Assembly (NCBI RefSeq): GCF_009914755.1
Contig: NC_060929.1
Strand: one strand, 5' to 3'
Origin: the human T2T-CHM13v2.0 reference genome, Homo sapiens
DNA: 64,000 bases
In this document: one piece after another, positions 62,801 to 64,000 of the stretch
Position numbering within the stretch: position 1 is the first letter of the stretch
Layout: the number at the start of each line of letters is the position of its first letter
The notes under the pieces: generated by a model
What the model was told of the DNA's origin: nothing
What the model saw: only the letters and a program-made list of their open reading frames with translations
Databases searched by the model: none
Translations under genes and position numbers: made by a program

Positions 62801-64000
62801 AGACAAGGGCAGACACAGGAGGGAACAATGCCTGAGGACACAGGCCTGAGGCAGGCCAAGCGCTGCCACGCGTGGACTGGACGAAGGCCTGCTAGGCATG
62901 GCCTGGCTGGAAGTGAAGAACCGAGGCAGCACCTCTGGCTTGGAGGGAGCAGGTGGGAGCCCTTGCACTGGCTTCCTCTCCCCTGTTCTTATTCTTCTGG
63001 AATTAGGGAGGCTGCTGGGAGGTAGAGGAAGCACCTGCCCCAGTCCTCAGAGGACAGAATCATGCGAATGCTTAGTTACCGAGACCTCCTTCCCACCTGC
63101 ACGCCGGGCCAGTGGCTCTGCCCGTGACAGCCCCGGGCCTGGCCTGTGCTCAGCACTCATCACTCTTGGGTCTTCCAGGCCATGGTGGCATTGCACGCCC
63201 TGCCCTAGGTGTGGGGTTGTTTCATGTTTCAGAAGCCGAAGGACCTGCCCTCCCTCTCATCTCAACACAGCGCCTGGCAGAGAAGCAGTTCCTCTGTCTA
63301 CTCCAGGGGCTCACACGCCCCTCTGTAGCCCGAAAGTCGGCCTCGGATGTGATAAGCCAGGAAACTCCCTGGTCACCAGTGCATAAGCCCTCAGGGGCTC
63401 CAGACGCAGCAGCTGGTTCAGAATTTGTTATCCTGGACTAAAGCCTCCCCTTGCACCACCGTGGGGGTGGAAGGAGGTGGCTTGTCTGAGAAACACCAAC
63501 ATGGACAGGGACGTTCACTGTCACAGAGACAAGGCCTGGCCCCACCTCCCCACAGGACTCCCTCCCCAGTGCCTGGTCTGACGGCAGAACCAGGCAACAC
63601 CCAGTTCCGCTCCCCTCACCCTTGCCTTCAGAAGCAACAGATAACGGCAAACCCTTGCGTGCAGCGACCACATGAAGACCGCAGCTGCGCGGGCTGTAGT
63701 TTCTTACCCTCTGTCAGCACGCACGGCTCTCCAACAGATGGGCGATTTCAAGTTGCTCTGCATCTTAAATGACCCCTTGATAAAACCCCAAACGGCTTTG
63801 GATGGGTCTGTTTCCTGTATCTTAAGCACAGAAAAAACAGCCCAGATGTTTCTGATTCATTCAAGCTTTAGTTCAAGAGCACGCTCTGCCGTGGGAGTTT
63901 CTTTGAAACTGAGGAGACACACAGGCCCTTCCTCCACTCCCTCCTGCCTGGCTGAGAAAAGGGACTTGCTTGCAGCCACCTGAGAGCAAACAGCACAGGT

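Overview
Human (primate) genomic DNA. It is the GC-rich, VNTR-rich subtelomeric locus holding the 3' part of TRIP13 (Pch2-family AAA+ ATPase; human chr5p15.33). Ten + strand coding exons (exons 4-13, 911 nt of CDS, 84..16695) can be rebuilt with canonical GT-AG junctions and a continuous frame; Walker A GPPGTGKT, Walker B VFVLIDE and the TGA stop are all present, and the 3'UTR has poly(A) signals at about 17.3-17.6 kb. The remaining ~46 kb has no supportable protein-coding gene. It contains Alus, L1s, an MLT2A LTR, two full-length MSTA MaLR elements in inverted orientation, an orphan CpG island and many tandem repeats; solo LTR13 and MER9 elements lie in TRIP13 introns. The most unusual signals are: (1) an old ~3 kb degenerate ~40-bp satellite, bracketed by convergent CTCF motifs and grading into the orphan CpG island, followed by a candidate lncRNA exon; (2) a ~375-bp, ~97% identical gene-conversion tract between the two inverted MSTA elements; (3) minisatellites that multiply transcription-factor motifs (AP-1 x5 plus a CRE in TRIP13 intron 10; ZIC/DR5 x3 at 59.25 kb); (4) a textbook AG|GT recursive-splice-like site. 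Repeat family names come from recognition, not a database search. No new biological system is demonstrated; the findings are hypotheses.
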